NCBI GenBank assembly: GCA_964446055.1
Contig: CAYUNL010000008.1
Span: 1-34,083 of the forward strand
DNA: 34,083 bases
Reading direction: 5' to 3'
From: an uncultured Alphaproteobacteria bacterium
GTDB lineage: Bacteria > Pseudomonadota > Alphaproteobacteria > VGEJ01
The number at the start of each line of letters is the position of its first letter. Position 1 is the first letter of the stretch. Shown in pieces: positions 17,536-26,473 of this stretch. A program made the position numbers and the translations under genes. The notes below the pieces were generated by a model. The model was not told where the DNA came from. It made no database searches and saw only the letters and a program-made list of their open reading frames with translations.

Positions 17536-17906
17536 GCGGCGGCCTGGAGCGCGGCTTCGAGGCGGGGTAACTGGATCGGTTTGTGCAAGCTACCGGCGAG
17601 GTTCAGGCCGAGGCCTTTGGCCAGCTTGAGCGCCTGGGCAAGAATCTCGTCCTCGTAGTTGCTGACCATGAGGATCGACGCTGCGCAGCGGTGTTTCGCA
17701 AGGAGGCGCAAGACCTCGATGCCGTCCATGTCGGGCATGAAGAGGTCGAGGACAATGAAATCGGGCCGGAAGCTTTCGACCTCCTGTTCCGCTGCCCGGC
17801 CCCGCGTCGCGGAGTGAACCTCGAACCCAAGACTGTCGCCGACCGCGCCGATGTAGTCGCACATCGAGGGATCGTCGTCGATCACCAAGAGCCGCTTTTT
17901 GTCCAT
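17532..17906 (-). CDS. single-domain response regulator (CheY-like receiver)
   Basis: Start MDKKRLLVIDDD at ATG 17904-17906 with GAGGAAAGA upstream. Has the acidic pocket DDD, phospho-acceptor Asp in FIVLDLFMPDMDG, and conserved Ser (MVSNY) and Lys (HKP). 124 aa. No kinase gene in the window. Confidence 0.85.
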   Translation of the reverse strand: MDKKRLLVIDDDPSMCDYIGAVGDSLGFEVHSATRGRAAEQEVESFRPDFIVLDLFMPDMDGIEVLRLLAKHRCAASILMVSNYEDEILAQALKLAKGLGLNLAGSLHKPIQLPRLEAALQAAA

Positions 17907-18069
17907 TCTTTCCTCGCCGCGGCGAACGTTCTTTGTCGCCCGTGGGCGCACTACCCAAGTGCCCTTTGTTGGGAGGCATACTACAGGGTGAATGCTTAAC
18001 GGGTCACTACCGCATCGCCCGTTTTCGCCGACCGCAGTAACATGTTTGCGATCACTCCGTGGCCGCGGC

Positions 18070-18711
18070 TTAGGGCCGTGAGGCGCCTCCCCCGGGCGCC
18101 GGATCGTCGAAGACGAATAGCGTCGGCTCGAGCGGCACGTTGACCTCGACGTCGCTGAGCGTGATCCGCGTGGTCAGTCCTTGGGCGTCGGTGACGCGCC
18201 ATTGCCACAGGCGGAGCGGCGCCTCGGTGAACACCAGCGTCAATGTACCTTCGCCCGCATTCTCATCGTCGCGCAGCCTGAGCCGCAACTCGCCAGGCAG
18301 GCGCTCGAGGGCCTCGACCACGATCTGCCCCGCGAACTCGATCTCGTCTTTGACCAGGAAGCCAAGCGGCGTCGAGTAGAGCGGCAGGCGATCGACCTGG
18401 CCGAGCTCGGTGTCGTGGAAAATCAGCCACACCCGGTCGGCGACCACCAGGATCGGGGTCGGGGGCGCATACTCGAAGCGCAGTCGCCCCGGCCGTCTGA
18501 GGTAAAAGCGGCCCTCGGCGAGCGCGCCATCCGGCGCCACCTGGTCGAATCGCGCCCGAAGCGTGGCGATCGAGTTTAGATAGGCCTCGATGCGGCCGAG
18601 TTCCGCCTCGTCATCGGGGGCCAACTCGGCAGCCGGCGCGGCGCCCGCGAGGCCCGCGAGGCCCGCGACGAGCGCGACCAGGACCAACCACCTGCGCTCA
18701 GCCCAGCGCAT
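18070..18711 (-). CDS. lolA: outer-membrane lipoprotein carrier protein LolA
   Basis: 213 aa with a signal peptide ([20 protein letters not shown]). Contains LRARFDQ...[15 protein letters not shown], typical of LolA. Conserved position immediately downstream of ftsK (14-nt overlap). Confidence 0.85.
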   Translation of the reverse strand: MRWAERRWLVLVALVAGLAGLAGAAPAAELAPDDEAELGRIEAYLNSIATLRARFDQVAPDGALAEGRFYLRRPGRLRFEYAPPTPILVVADRVWLIFHDTELGQVDRLPLYSTPLGFLVKDEIEFAGQIVVEALERLPGELRLRLRDDENAGEGTLTLVFTEAPLRLWQWRVTDAQGLTTRITLSDVEVNVPLEPTLFVFDDPAPGGGASRP

Positions 18712-21061
18712 CGGTGTCGCGCGCCAGTACCTCGCGTTTGCCGACGTGGTCGGCGGGGCTGATCACGCCCTCGGCCTCCATGCTCTCGATGATCCGTGCG
18801 GCTCGGTTGTAGCCGATCTGCAGGTGACGCTGGAGGAAGCTCGTCGAGGCCTTGCGCTTGCGGCACACCACCTCCACCGCCTGATCGTAGAGCTCGTCGG
18901 TGGGCGCGGCGAGAACGTGAGGGTCGACGGCCGCCTCCTCGGTAACCTCGTCGAGGTAGTCCGGGCTTCCCTCCTGTTTGAGGAATGCGACGACCTGCTC
19001 GACCTCATCCTCGACCACATAGGGTCCGTGAACCCGCGTGAGGCGTCCGCCCGAGGCCATGTACAGCATGTCGCCCGAGCCCAGCAGCTGCTCGGCGCCT
19101 TGCTCCCCGAGGATCGTCCGGCTATCGATCTTGGAGGTCACCTGGAAGCTGATACGGGTCGGGAAATTGGCTTTGATGGTGCCGGTGATCACGTCCACGG
19201 AAGGCCGCTGGGTGGCCATGATGAGGTGAATGCCGGCGGCGCGCGCCATCTGGGACAGGCGCTGAACCGCGCCTTCGATCTCTTTGCCAGCCAGCAACAT
19301 GAGATCGGCCATCTCGTCGACCACCACGACGATGTGGGGCAGCGGCTCGACCTCGAGCGGCTGGTCCTCGAAGATCGGCTCCCCGGTCTCGGAATCGAAG
19401 CCGGTTTGGACCGTGCGCTTGAGTTCCTCGCCCCTGGCCGCGGCCTCGGCCAGCCGCTGGTTGTAGCTGGTGATGTTGCGGACCCCGAGCTTCGAGAGTT
19501 CGCGGTAGCGGGTCTCCATCTCGCGGACCGTCCACTTCAGCGCCACCACCGCCTTGCCGGGATCGGTCACCACCGGCGTCAGGAGGTGGGGAATGCCGTC
19601 GTAGGCGCTGAGCTCGAGCATTTTGGGATCGATCAGGATGAATTTGCACTGGTCGGGACGCAGACGGTATAGGAGCGAGAGGATCATCGTGTTGACGGCG
19701 ACCGACTTGCCCGATCCCGTCGTGCCGGCGATCAGGAGATGGGGCATCCGCGAAAGATCGGCGATGACGGGAGCACCGGCGATGTCCTTGCCGAGCGCCA
19801 GCGGGAGCCGGCCCGTGGCGTTCTCGTACTCGGCGGCGGACAGGAGCTCACGCAGGTGGACCGACTCGCGCCCGGCGTTGGGAAGCTCGATGCCGATGGC
19901 GTTGCGGCCCGGTACCACCGCGGCGCGCACCGAGACCGCGCTCATCGACCGCGCGATGTCGTCCGATAGCCCGATCACGCGCGAGGTCTTGGTGCCCGGC
20001 GCCGGCTCGAGCTCGTAAAGCGTGATCACCGGCCCCGGCCGCACCTTCGTCACCGCGCCGCTAACGCCGAAGTCGTCGAGCACGGCCTCCAGAAGCCGGG
20101 CGTTCTGCTCGAGCGCGTCCTCGCTTACCGTCGCGCCGGAATCGATCTCGGGTGCAGTGTGAAGGAGCGCCAGAGGCGGCAGCCGAAACTCGCCCGGCGG
20201 ACCCAGGTCGAGGGCCGCCTGCCGCTCGGCGGCGTCGCGCTTGCCCGCACGCAGCCGCGGCCGCGAGCGGCTGACGCGATGGCTCGGCTCGATCCTTGGC
20301 GAAGCCTCAGGCGGGCCCACTTCGGCGAACAGTCGGGGTTCGCGCCGGACCGCGGGCGGGGCCGCGGGGCTGGCGCCGGAGTCGCCGCCGGTCTCAGCGG
20401 GCGCGGCTCGTGCGAGACCGGCAAGTGGGCGCGCCAGGGCGATCGGTGCGGCCACGATCGCGCGCGCCACGCGGCCGAGCGTACGCCACTCGCGCCACTC
20501 CAGCCCCAAGGCGAAGGCAAAGGAAAGCGCCGTCATCGCCGCCGCCACGGCGGCGTAGGCGTAGAGCCAGAGCGGCGTCGCGGCAAGACCGAGCCCCGCC
20601 GCACGCAGCCGCAGCGACTCGCCGACCCAGCCGCCGAGCCCGGCCGCGAGCGGCCAACCGTGGGGGGCGGGCAGCCCGGCGGCCAAGGCGGCGGCGCTGA
20701 TGAGCGCCACCGGGACAAGCGCGAGCGAGAGCCAAATCCGGACGACGCCGCGGTGAGAGAAAACGCGCCACGCCCACGCCGTCAGGCAGAGAACCAGGAC
20801 CCAGCCGCCGACCCCGAAGGTCTGGAGGATAGCGTCTGCGGCGTGGGCACCGACCAAGCCAAGCAAGTTCTCCGGCGATTCCCCGGTGGCCACGTTCCAG
20901 GCCGGATCGGCCGCCGAGTAAGTTGCCAGGGTAAGCGCCAAAACCAGCGCCAGCGCGAAACCGGCGATGCCCGCCAACTCAACCAACCGTCGCCGCAAGA
21001 AACCGGTGAGCACCGCCGGCAACACGGCGAACTTCTTGGATTCGATCGAAGGGTGCGCCAT
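18698..21061 (-). CDS. ftsK: DNA translocase FtsK
   Basis: Start [10 protein letters not shown] at ATG 21059-21061 with GGGAGAG upstream. Has N-terminal TM helices, a Pro/Ala-rich linker, a motor domain with Walker A ([10 protein letters not shown]) and a C-terminal gamma winged-helix ([24 protein letters not shown]). Confidence 0.95.
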   Translation of the reverse strand: MAHPSIESKKFAVLPAVLTGFLRRRLVELAGIAGFALALVLALTLATYSAADPAWNVATGESPENLLGLVGAHAADAILQTFGVGGWVLVLCLTAWAWRVFSHRGVVRIWLSLALVPVALISAAALAAGLPAPHGWPLAAGLGGWVGESLRLRAAGLGLAATPLWLYAYAAVAAAMTALSFAFALGLEWREWRTLGRVARAIVAAPIALARPLAGLARAAPAETGGDSGASPAAPPAVRREPRLFAEVGPPEASPRIEPSHRVSRSRPRLRAGKRDAAERQAALDLGPPGEFRLPPLALLHTAPEIDSGATVSEDALEQNARLLEAVLDDFGVSGAVTKVRPGPVITLYELEPAPGTKTSRVIGLSDDIARSMSAVSVRAAVVPGRNAIGIELPNAGRESVHLRELLSAAEYENATGRLPLALGKDIAGAPVIADLSRMPHLLIAGTTGSGKSVAVNTMILSLLYRLRPDQCKFILIDPKMLELSAYDGIPHLLTPVVTDPGKAVVALKWTVREMETRYRELSKLGVRNITSYNQRLAEAAARGEELKRTVQTGFDSETGEPIFEDQPLEVEPLPHIVVVVDEMADLMLLAGKEIEGAVQRLSQMARAAGIHLIMATQRPSVDVITGTIKANFPTRISFQVTSKIDSRTILGEQGAEQLLGSGDMLYMASGGRLTRVHGPYVVEDEVEQVVAFLKQEGSPDYLDEVTEEAAVDPHVLAAPTDELYDQAVEVVCRKRKASTSFLQRHLQIGYNRAARIIESMEAEGVISPADHVGKREVLARDTDALG

Positions 21062-21190
21062 CTCTCCCGCCGCAACGCCAACTCCGACCCTGAATTTACC
21101 CGAAGAAGCGTTTCGATACAACCACTTGCAGGGAGATATGCGACCTATACTTTATCTACGCCAGTGATCCCCTTGAATGCGCGCGCGCCG

Positions 21191-22513
21191 TCAGGCGATG
21201 CTTTCGCCATGCTGGCGGATATCCATGCCCTCACGCTCTTCGTCTTCACTGACGCGCAGGCCCATCACCGCCTTGACCAGCATCAGGATGATGAAGGTCG
21301 CGACCGCGCTGTAGGCGATGGTGACCGCGACCCCGTAGAGCTGGGTCAGGATCTGGGCGCCGTTGCCCTCGATCAGGCCCGAGGTACCGCCCACCGCCGA
21401 GACCGCAAACACGCCGGTTAGGATCGCGCCGACGATGCCGCCGAGACCGTGGATGGCAAAGACGTCGAGCGAATCGTCATATCCGAAGGCGTTCTTGAGG
21501 CTGGTCGCGCCCCAGTAGCAGACGGCTCCGGCGACCAAGCCGATGATCAGGGCGCCGATGGGATCGACATAGCCGGAGGCCGGGGTAATAGCCACCAGCC
21601 CCGCGATCGCCCCGGAGATGATGCCGAGGACGCTTGGCTTGCGGTGGCCGATCCACTCGGCGAACATCCACGACAGGGCGGCGGCGGCGGTGGCGATCTG
21701 CGTCACCGCGATGGCCATGCCGGCCGCGCCGTCGGCGGCCAGGGCCGAGCCGGCGTTAAAGCCGAACCAGCCGACCCACAGGAGCGAAGCGCCAAGGACG
21801 CTGTAATGAATGTTGTGGGGCGCCAGGCTTTCGACCCGGAAGCCGATGCGCTTGCCGAGCACGAACGCCGCGACCAACCCGGCGACGCCGGAGTTGATGT
21901 GCACCACCGTGCCACCGGCGAAGTCGAGGACGCCGGCCTCGCCGAGGAAGCCGCCGCCCCACACCCAGTGCGCGATCGGGGCATAGACGACGACGACCCA
22001 GATGCCGATGAACGCCAACAACGCCGAGAACTTGAAGCGATCGACGATGGCGCCGGTTATCAGCGCCGGCGTAATGATGGCGAAGGTCATCTGGAACGTC
22101 ATGAAGACCGATTCGGGAATGCTGCCGCTGAGCGAATCCGTGCTCATGCCGATCAGTAGCGCACGGTCGAAGCCGCCGATGAAGGCGTTGCCTTCGGAGA
22201 AGGCGAAGCTGTAAGCGACGATCATCCACAGCAGCGTCACCACACAGGTGGTCGCGAAACACTGCATGACCGTGTTCAGCACATTCTTCTTGCGCACCAT
22301 GCCGCCATAGAACAGCGCCAGGCCGGGGATGGTCATCAACAGCACCAGCGCGGTGGAGGTCAGCATCCACGCGGTATCGCCACTGTCGAGCGCCGGCGCC
22401 GCGTCCTGAGCCCAAGCCGGTCCGGCGGCGAGCCCGCCGCACGCGAGCGCGATTCCCCCGACGCCCAGGCGCCGCATCAGCCTGTCAAACCCTGGCCCGA
22501 AAAATGCCGTCAT
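21191..22513 (-). CDS. amtB: ammonium transporter (Amt family)
   Basis: Start MTAFFGPG at ATG 22511-22513 with GAGGAAGGA upstream. 440 aa with a signal peptide and Amt signatures (DFAGGTVVHINSGVAGLVAA, WFGFNAGSA). The upstream 305 aa of the 745-aa track ORF is antisense to the UbiH-family gene and is discarded. Confidence 0.92.
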   Translation of the reverse strand: MTAFFGPGFDRLMRRLGVGGIALACGGLAAGPAWAQDAAPALDSGDTAWMLTSTALVLLMTIPGLALFYGGMVRKKNVLNTVMQCFATTCVVTLLWMIVAYSFAFSEGNAFIGGFDRALLIGMSTDSLSGSIPESVFMTFQMTFAIITPALITGAIVDRFKFSALLAFIGIWVVVVYAPIAHWVWGGGFLGEAGVLDFAGGTVVHINSGVAGLVAAFVLGKRIGFRVESLAPHNIHYSVLGASLLWVGWFGFNAGSALAADGAAGMAIAVTQIATAAAALSWMFAEWIGHRKPSVLGIISGAIAGLVAITPASGYVDPIGALIIGLVAGAVCYWGATSLKNAFGYDDSLDVFAIHGLGGIVGAILTGVFAVSAVGGTSGLIEGNGAQILTQLYGVAVTIAYSAVATFIILMLVKAVMGLRVSEDEEREGMDIRQHGESIA

Positions 22514-22592
22514 GGCTCGATCCTTCCTCTGCGGACCCGCCCACGCCGCTCCCTGACCGCGGCGCGCCGGTCGCTCCCCCTCCTGCCCTTTC

Positions 22593-22608
22593 ATCAAGAA
22601 GCGTGCCA
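22593..22608 (-). promoter_or_regulatory. sigma-54 (-24/-12)-like promoter element upstream of amtB
   Basis: The minus strand reads TGGCACGCTTCTTGAT, against the consensus TGGCACG-N4-TTGCW. There is one mismatch, at the conserved C of the -12 GC. It lies about 80 nt upstream of the amtB ATG. Confidence 0.4.
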
Positions 22609-22700
22609 CCGCCCGGCGCTGACCGGAGACGCCGAATCCGGCGCAACCGCTAGCCCTCGGCCGCCGCCGCGACGGCGGGTTTCCACCGCGATGCCTATAG

Positions 22701-22719
22701 TTTGGGCGATTGGCCCAAA
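22701..22719. promoter_or_regulatory. perfect 7-5-7 inverted repeat TTTGGGC-GATTG-GCCCAAA in the amtB/ubiH-family divergent region
   Basis: Read directly from the sequence. It lies about 95-110 nt upstream of the sigma-54-like element and about 70-85 nt upstream of the hydroxylase ATG. It does not match the classical NtrC TGCACC-N5-GGTGCA site. Confidence 0.3.
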
Positions 22720-22786
22720 TGCGCCCGCATCGTGGGCAGGCCCGGTGCCCCTGGACAACGGCGAGCGCTGCGCCGAAGCTAGCGCC

Positions 22787-24049
22787 ATGGCAGGCCAGCG
22801 CAGCGCAGCTCAATCGCGACGCCGTCGCAAGTCCCCGCCGCGCGAGCGGGCCGACGTGCTTGTGGTCGGCGGCGGGATGGTCGGGCTTACGCTGGCCAAC
22901 GCCCTGGCCGGGGGCGGCCTGGACGTGGTGGTGGTCGACCAAGCCGATCCCACGGCCTTGGCCGCGGCCTCGTTCGACGGCCGCGCCTCGGCCATTGCCC
23001 ACGCCTCGCAGCGGCTGTTGGCGGCGCTCGGCGTGTGGTCGGCGCTTGGCGATGCGCCGCAACCGATCCTCGACATCCGCGTGTGCGAGGGCGATTCGCC
23101 TTTCTTCCTCCACTTCGATCACAGCGAGCTGGGCAGCTCGCCTTTCGGCTACATGGTCGAGAACTACCGTCTGCGCGCAGTCCTTGCCGAGGCCGCGCAG
23201 AAGGCGCCGCGAATCGCTATGTGGGCGCCGGTGACGCTCACCGGCGTCGAGCGCGGCCCGCACGGCATCGAGGCCCGTTTCAGCGACGGGCGAACGGTGC
23301 GTGCCGCAGCGGTGGCGGCCTGCGACGGACGCGCCTCGCGGCTGCGCCGGGAGGCCGGCATCCGCACCCTCGGCTGGACCTATGCGCAGTCCGGGATCGT
23401 CTGCACGGTCGCACACGCGCGTTCGCACGGCGGCGTCGCGATCGAGCGATTCCTTCCCGCCGGACCCTTCGCCATGCTGCCGCTGACCGGGCGCCGCTGC
23501 TCATTGGTATGGACCGAGCGCACAAACCTGGCGAAAGCGATCATGGAGCTGGATGCGGACGACTTCGAAGACGAGATGCGACGCCGGTTCGGCGATTTTC
23601 TCGGGGCCGCCCGGGTCACCGGCCCGCGCTGGAGCTATCCGCTCTCGCTGCATCTTGCCGAGCGCTACGTCGACCACCGCATGGCCCTAGTCGGCGACGC
23701 CGCGCACGGGGTTCACCCGATCGCCGGCCAGGGCTTGAACATGGGCATGCGTGACGCCGCGGCGGTAGCCGAGGCACTGGTGGATTCGCGCCGCCTGGGT
23801 CTCGATATCGGCGATTCGTGGACCTTGCAGCGCTATCAGCGATGGCGGCGCCTGGACAACCTGTCCCTGCTGGCGGTCACCGATGCGCTGACCCGGTTGT
23901 TCTCCAACAACAATCCCGGCCTGCGGCTCGCGCGCAACCTGGGCCTGGCCGCGGTCAACCGCCTGCCGCCATTGAAACGGATGTTCATGCGACACGCCCG
24001 CGGGACGATGGGCGAGTTGCCGCGGCTGCTCCAGGGTGCGCCGCTTTGA
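22787..24049 (+). CDS. UbiH/UbiF/VisC/COQ6-family FAD-dependent ubiquinone-biosynthesis hydroxylase
   Basis: ATG 22787 chosen (MAGQRS...). FAD-binding motif VLVVGGGMVGLTLANAL, plus GDAAHGVHPIAGQGLNMGMRDA. 420 aa. The track ORF starts earlier, at 22691. Confidence 0.85.
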   Translation: MAGQRSAAQSRRRRKSPPRERADVLVVGGGMVGLTLANALAGGGLDVVVVDQADPTALAAASFDGRASAIAHASQRLLAALGVWSALGDAPQPILDIRVCEGDSPFFLHFDHSELGSSPFGYMVENYRLRAVLAEAAQKAPRIAMWAPVTLTGVERGPHGIEARFSDGRTVRAAAVAACDGRASRLRREAGIRTLGWTYAQSGIVCTVAHARSHGGVAIERFLPAGPFAMLPLTGRRCSLVWTERTNLAKAIMELDADDFEDEMRRRFGDFLGAARVTGPRWSYPLSLHLAERYVDHRMALVGDAAHGVHPIAGQGLNMGMRDAAAVAEALVDSRRLGLDIGDSWTLQRYQRWRRLDNLSLLAVTDALTRLFSNNNPGLRLARNLGLAAVNRLPPLKRMFMRHARGTMGELPRLLQGAPL

Positions 24050-24064
24050 GCGAGAGAAGTAGCC

Positions 24065-24436
24065 TCAAGGATCGCGGCTGAGGTCGCGTTCCTCGAGGGC
24101 AGCGAGGTAGTCGCGCCAACGCTGCTCCTGGTTGAGACCGAGCTCGTACAGGTAGTCCCACGAATAAAGCCCGGTGTCGTGTAGATCGTCGAAGTGGAGG
24201 CGGACCGCATAGTTGCCCACGGGCTCTACCTTCATGATGCCGACGTGGCGGCGCCCGGCGACGATCGTGCGTTGCCCGGGGCCGTGGCCCTGGACCTCGG
24301 CCGAGGGGCTTTCCACGCGCAGTAGCTCGGCCGGAAAACGAAAGCTGCGGCCGTCGTCGAAATCCACCTCGATCACCCGGTCTTCAGTCTTGAGCCGAAT
24401 CTCGGTCGGTCGCGCCGCGCCTGCGCCGGTTGCCAC
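24065..24436 (-). CDS. DUF971 (gamma-butyrobetaine hydroxylase-like N-terminal domain) family protein
   Basis: 123 aa with a GTG start. Contains ...VDFDDGRSFRFPAELLRVESPSAEVQGH...YAVRLHFDDLHDTGLYSWDYLYELG, characteristic of DUF971. Confidence 0.7.
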   Translation of the reverse strand: MATGAGAARPTEIRLKTEDRVIEVDFDDGRSFRFPAELLRVESPSAEVQGHGPGQRTIVAGRRHVGIMKVEPVGNYAVRLHFDDLHDTGLYSWDYLYELGLNQEQRWRDYLAALEERDLSRDP

Positions 24437-24442
24437 CGCGGC

Positions 24443-24658
24443 CTATGCCCCGGGGTCGGCGCCGCCGCCGCTGGTATCGTCGAGCCGGCGCGCCTCATCG
24501 ACCAGCATGATCGGGATTCCGTCCCGGATCGGGTAGGCAAGCCGGGCGCGCTCGCTGATCAGCTCCTGCGCATCGGCGTCGTATCGCAGCGGACCCTTGG
24601 TCAGCGGGCAGACCAGGATCTCGAGGAGCTTGGGATCGACGGTCGAGGGTTCCGCCAT
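24443..24658 (-). CDS. Trm112/UPF0434 family protein
   Basis: 71 aa. [17 protein letters not shown]....[17 protein letters not shown] is the canonical Trm112/YcaR pattern. Confidence 0.85.
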   Translation of the reverse strand: MAEPSTVDPKLLEILVCPLTKGPLRYDADAQELISERARLAYPIRDGIPIMLVDEARRLDDTSGGGADPGA

Positions 24659-24698
24659 TTGTCGCCTCCGTTCTAGGTCGGGTGTTTCGTGGCAAGGA

Positions 24699-25364
24699 TC
24701 ATTGGAGCTGGGCCTCGGGCCCGGCGACGTGTTGCAGCGCCGCCATCTCCAGGAGCGCGGTCACGATGCGGCCACGTTCGGACTGCGAGCTCGCTTCGAG
24801 GAGCGCCTGCTTCTCATTGGGCTCGAACGGGCAGAGCATCGAGAGCGCGGTGATCAAAGGCCCGCCGGGCAATTCCTCCAGCGCCTGAAATGCCGCGCTC
24901 ATGTCGTGAATCTCGAGGTAGGCGCGCAGCGCCGGCAGGATGCGCTCGCGGTCAAGCGTCGGGTGCCCGTCGGTATCGAGATCGTGCGCGAAATCGTCAT
25001 ACGACACCGTTACCACCCGATAGGCGGCGCGCGAGTCGAACTCCTCGACGATCGCGAAACGGCAGATACCGTTCAGGGTGATCAAATAGCGGCCGTCGTC
25101 GGTCTCCTTGAAGGCCGCGACGGTGCCGGCGCACCCGGTCTCGTACACATCGGGCTCGTAGACACTGGTGTCGGGGTCGGTGGGTTGGACCATGCCGATA
25201 ACCCGCGCTTGGGCCATGGCATCGCGGACCATATCCAGATAACGCGGTTCGAATATGTTGAGCGGCAACTGTCCGCGCGGCAGCAAGAGCGCGCCGGCCA
25301 AGGGAAAGATGGGGATCGTACGCGGCAGTGAGGCGAGATCGGGAGGCGCGTCGTCCTGGTTCAT
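24699..25364 (-). CDS. LON peptidase substrate-binding (Lon N-terminal) domain protein
   Basis: Start MNQDD at ATG 25362-25364 (ATGA overlap with the thioredoxin gene stop). Contains [30 protein letters not shown], the hallmark of stand-alone LON domains. 221 aa. Confidence 0.8.
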   Translation of the reverse strand: MNQDDAPPDLASLPRTIPIFPLAGALLLPRGQLPLNIFEPRYLDMVRDAMAQARVIGMVQPTDPDTSVYEPDVYETGCAGTVAAFKETDDGRYLITLNGICRFAIVEEFDSRAAYRVVTVSYDDFAHDLDTDGHPTLDRERILPALRAYLEIHDMSAAFQALEELPGGPLITALSMLCPFEPNEKQALLEASSQSERGRIVTALLEMAALQHVAGPEAQLQ

Positions 25365-26263
25365 GAGAACAAGATCGCCGAGAGCTGCCGTCGTCCCGAG
25401 ATCGTGACCTCGTCGTTGGCGCCGTAGGCGTCGAACAGTTTCAGCAATTGCTTGCGCGCGGACTGCTCGTTCCACTCGCGATCGCGGCGCACGATCTCGA
25501 TCAGCTCGGCAACCCCGGCATCCCGTTCGCCCGTCGAAACCAGGGCAAGCGCCAGATCGTAGCGCGCCTGATGGTCGTTCGGCGCCTGCGCGACCGCGGC
25601 ACGGAGGCTCCCGACATCGCCCGCCTCACCGACCTGCGTCGCGAGATCCAACGACGCCCGGGCGCTCACCACGTCGGCATGGCTGTCGTGCTCGGGCGGT
25701 ACCATAGCCAGGGTCTGCCCGGCGCGCTCGAGGTCGCCGTTCTCCAGGTAGCATCGGGCGAGGCCGGCCAGGGCCGAGGGCTCGCCCGACGACTGTTTCA
25801 GGATCTCGCCGTAAAGCGCGGCGGCGCCACCAAGGTCGCCGCTCTTCATCATCTGCGCGGCCTGGGCGAGCGCCTCTTCGACAGCGGAAGGGCCAGCCGC
25901 GCCGCCAAGTTTCTTGACGAACGCGGCGACCTGGCTGTCGGGAAGCGCGCCAACGAAGCCGTCGACGGGCTGACCTTGATCGAAGGCGAACACCGCGGGG
26001 ATCGACTGGATGCGCATCTGTTGCGCGATTTCCGGGTTCTCGTCGATGTTGATCTTGACCAGCCGCACCCGGCCGGCCGCCTCGGTGACGGCCTTCTCGA
26101 GCGCCGGCCCGAGCTGCTTGCAGGGGCCGCACCAAGGCGCCCAGAAGTCGACGATGACCGGCGCCTCTTTCGAGGCATCGATCACGTCGACCATGAAGTT
26201 CTGGGTATCGCTGTCTTTGATCAGGCCCTCTAGGGCCGGCCCCGGGCCGATGATCGGTTCCAT
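25361..26263 (-). CDS. thioredoxin-domain plus TPR-like co-chaperone (YbbN/CnoX-like)
   Basis: Start MEPIIGPG at ATG 26261-26263 with GAGG upstream. Thioredoxin motif VDFWAPWCGPCK, followed by a helical TPR-like C-terminal half. 300 aa. Confidence 0.85.
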   Translation of the reverse strand: MEPIIGPGPALEGLIKDSDTQNFMVDVIDASKEAPVIVDFWAPWCGPCKQLGPALEKAVTEAAGRVRLVKINIDENPEIAQQMRIQSIPAVFAFDQGQPVDGFVGALPDSQVAAFVKKLGGAAGPSAVEEALAQAAQMMKSGDLGGAAALYGEILKQSSGEPSALAGLARCYLENGDLERAGQTLAMVPPEHDSHADVVSARASLDLATQVGEAGDVGSLRAAVAQAPNDHQARYDLALALVSTGERDAGVAELIEIVRRDREWNEQSARKQLLKLFDAYGANDEVTISGRRQLSAILFS

Positions 26264-26359
26264 GACGCCTCGCGTTTCAACGCACTCCACGACAGATCGT
26301 GCCGAAGTGTAACCGCAAAGGGCGGCGGTTCTGTAGGGGGATTCGAGCGCCCCAAGCGG

Positions 26360-26387
26360 TTGCAAATCGTCCCGCTTATTCTATCAT
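26360..26387 (+). promoter_or_regulatory. sigma-70-like promoter for tRNA-Gly
   Basis: TTGCAA (26360-26365), a 16-nt spacer, then TATCAT (26382-26387). The -10 element ends 11 nt before the first tRNA nucleotide. Confidence 0.5.
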
Positions 26388-26398
26388 CGCCGGGCCGC

Positions 26399-26473
26399 GC
26401 GGGCGTAGCTCAGGGGTAGAGCACAACCTTGCCAAGGTTGGGGTCGTGGGTTCGAATCCCATCGCCCGCTCCA
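26399..26473 (+). tRNA. tRNA-Gly (anticodon GCC), CCA encoded
   Basis: Manual cloverleaf: acceptor GCGGGCG/CGCCCGC, D-arm GCTC-AGGGGTA-GAGC, anticodon arm CAACC-TTGCCAA-GGTTG, variable loop GGGTC, T-arm GTGGG-TTCGAAT-CCCAT, discriminator T, then CCA. 75 nt. Confidence 0.95.

Noticed and set aside
17907-18069. Possible terminator or sRNA between the receiver gene and lolA (AACGGG-N14-CCCGTT stem around 17998-18023)
   Set aside because: The stem is only 6 bp with a 14-nt loop, and no U-tract follows on the lolA strand. That is insufficient for a terminator or ncRNA call.
18643-18669. Three tandem 9-nt units (gcccgcgag/gcccgcgag/gcccgcgac)
   Set aside because: The units lie inside lolA and simply encode the Ala/Gly/Leu-rich signal peptide ([10 protein letters not shown]). 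This is not a regulatory or CRISPR-like repeat.
22514-23428. 5' extension of the amtB ORF to 745 aa
   Set aside because: The extension is antisense to the UbiH-family gene and has no Amt similarity. A strong SD and signal peptide define the start at 22513.
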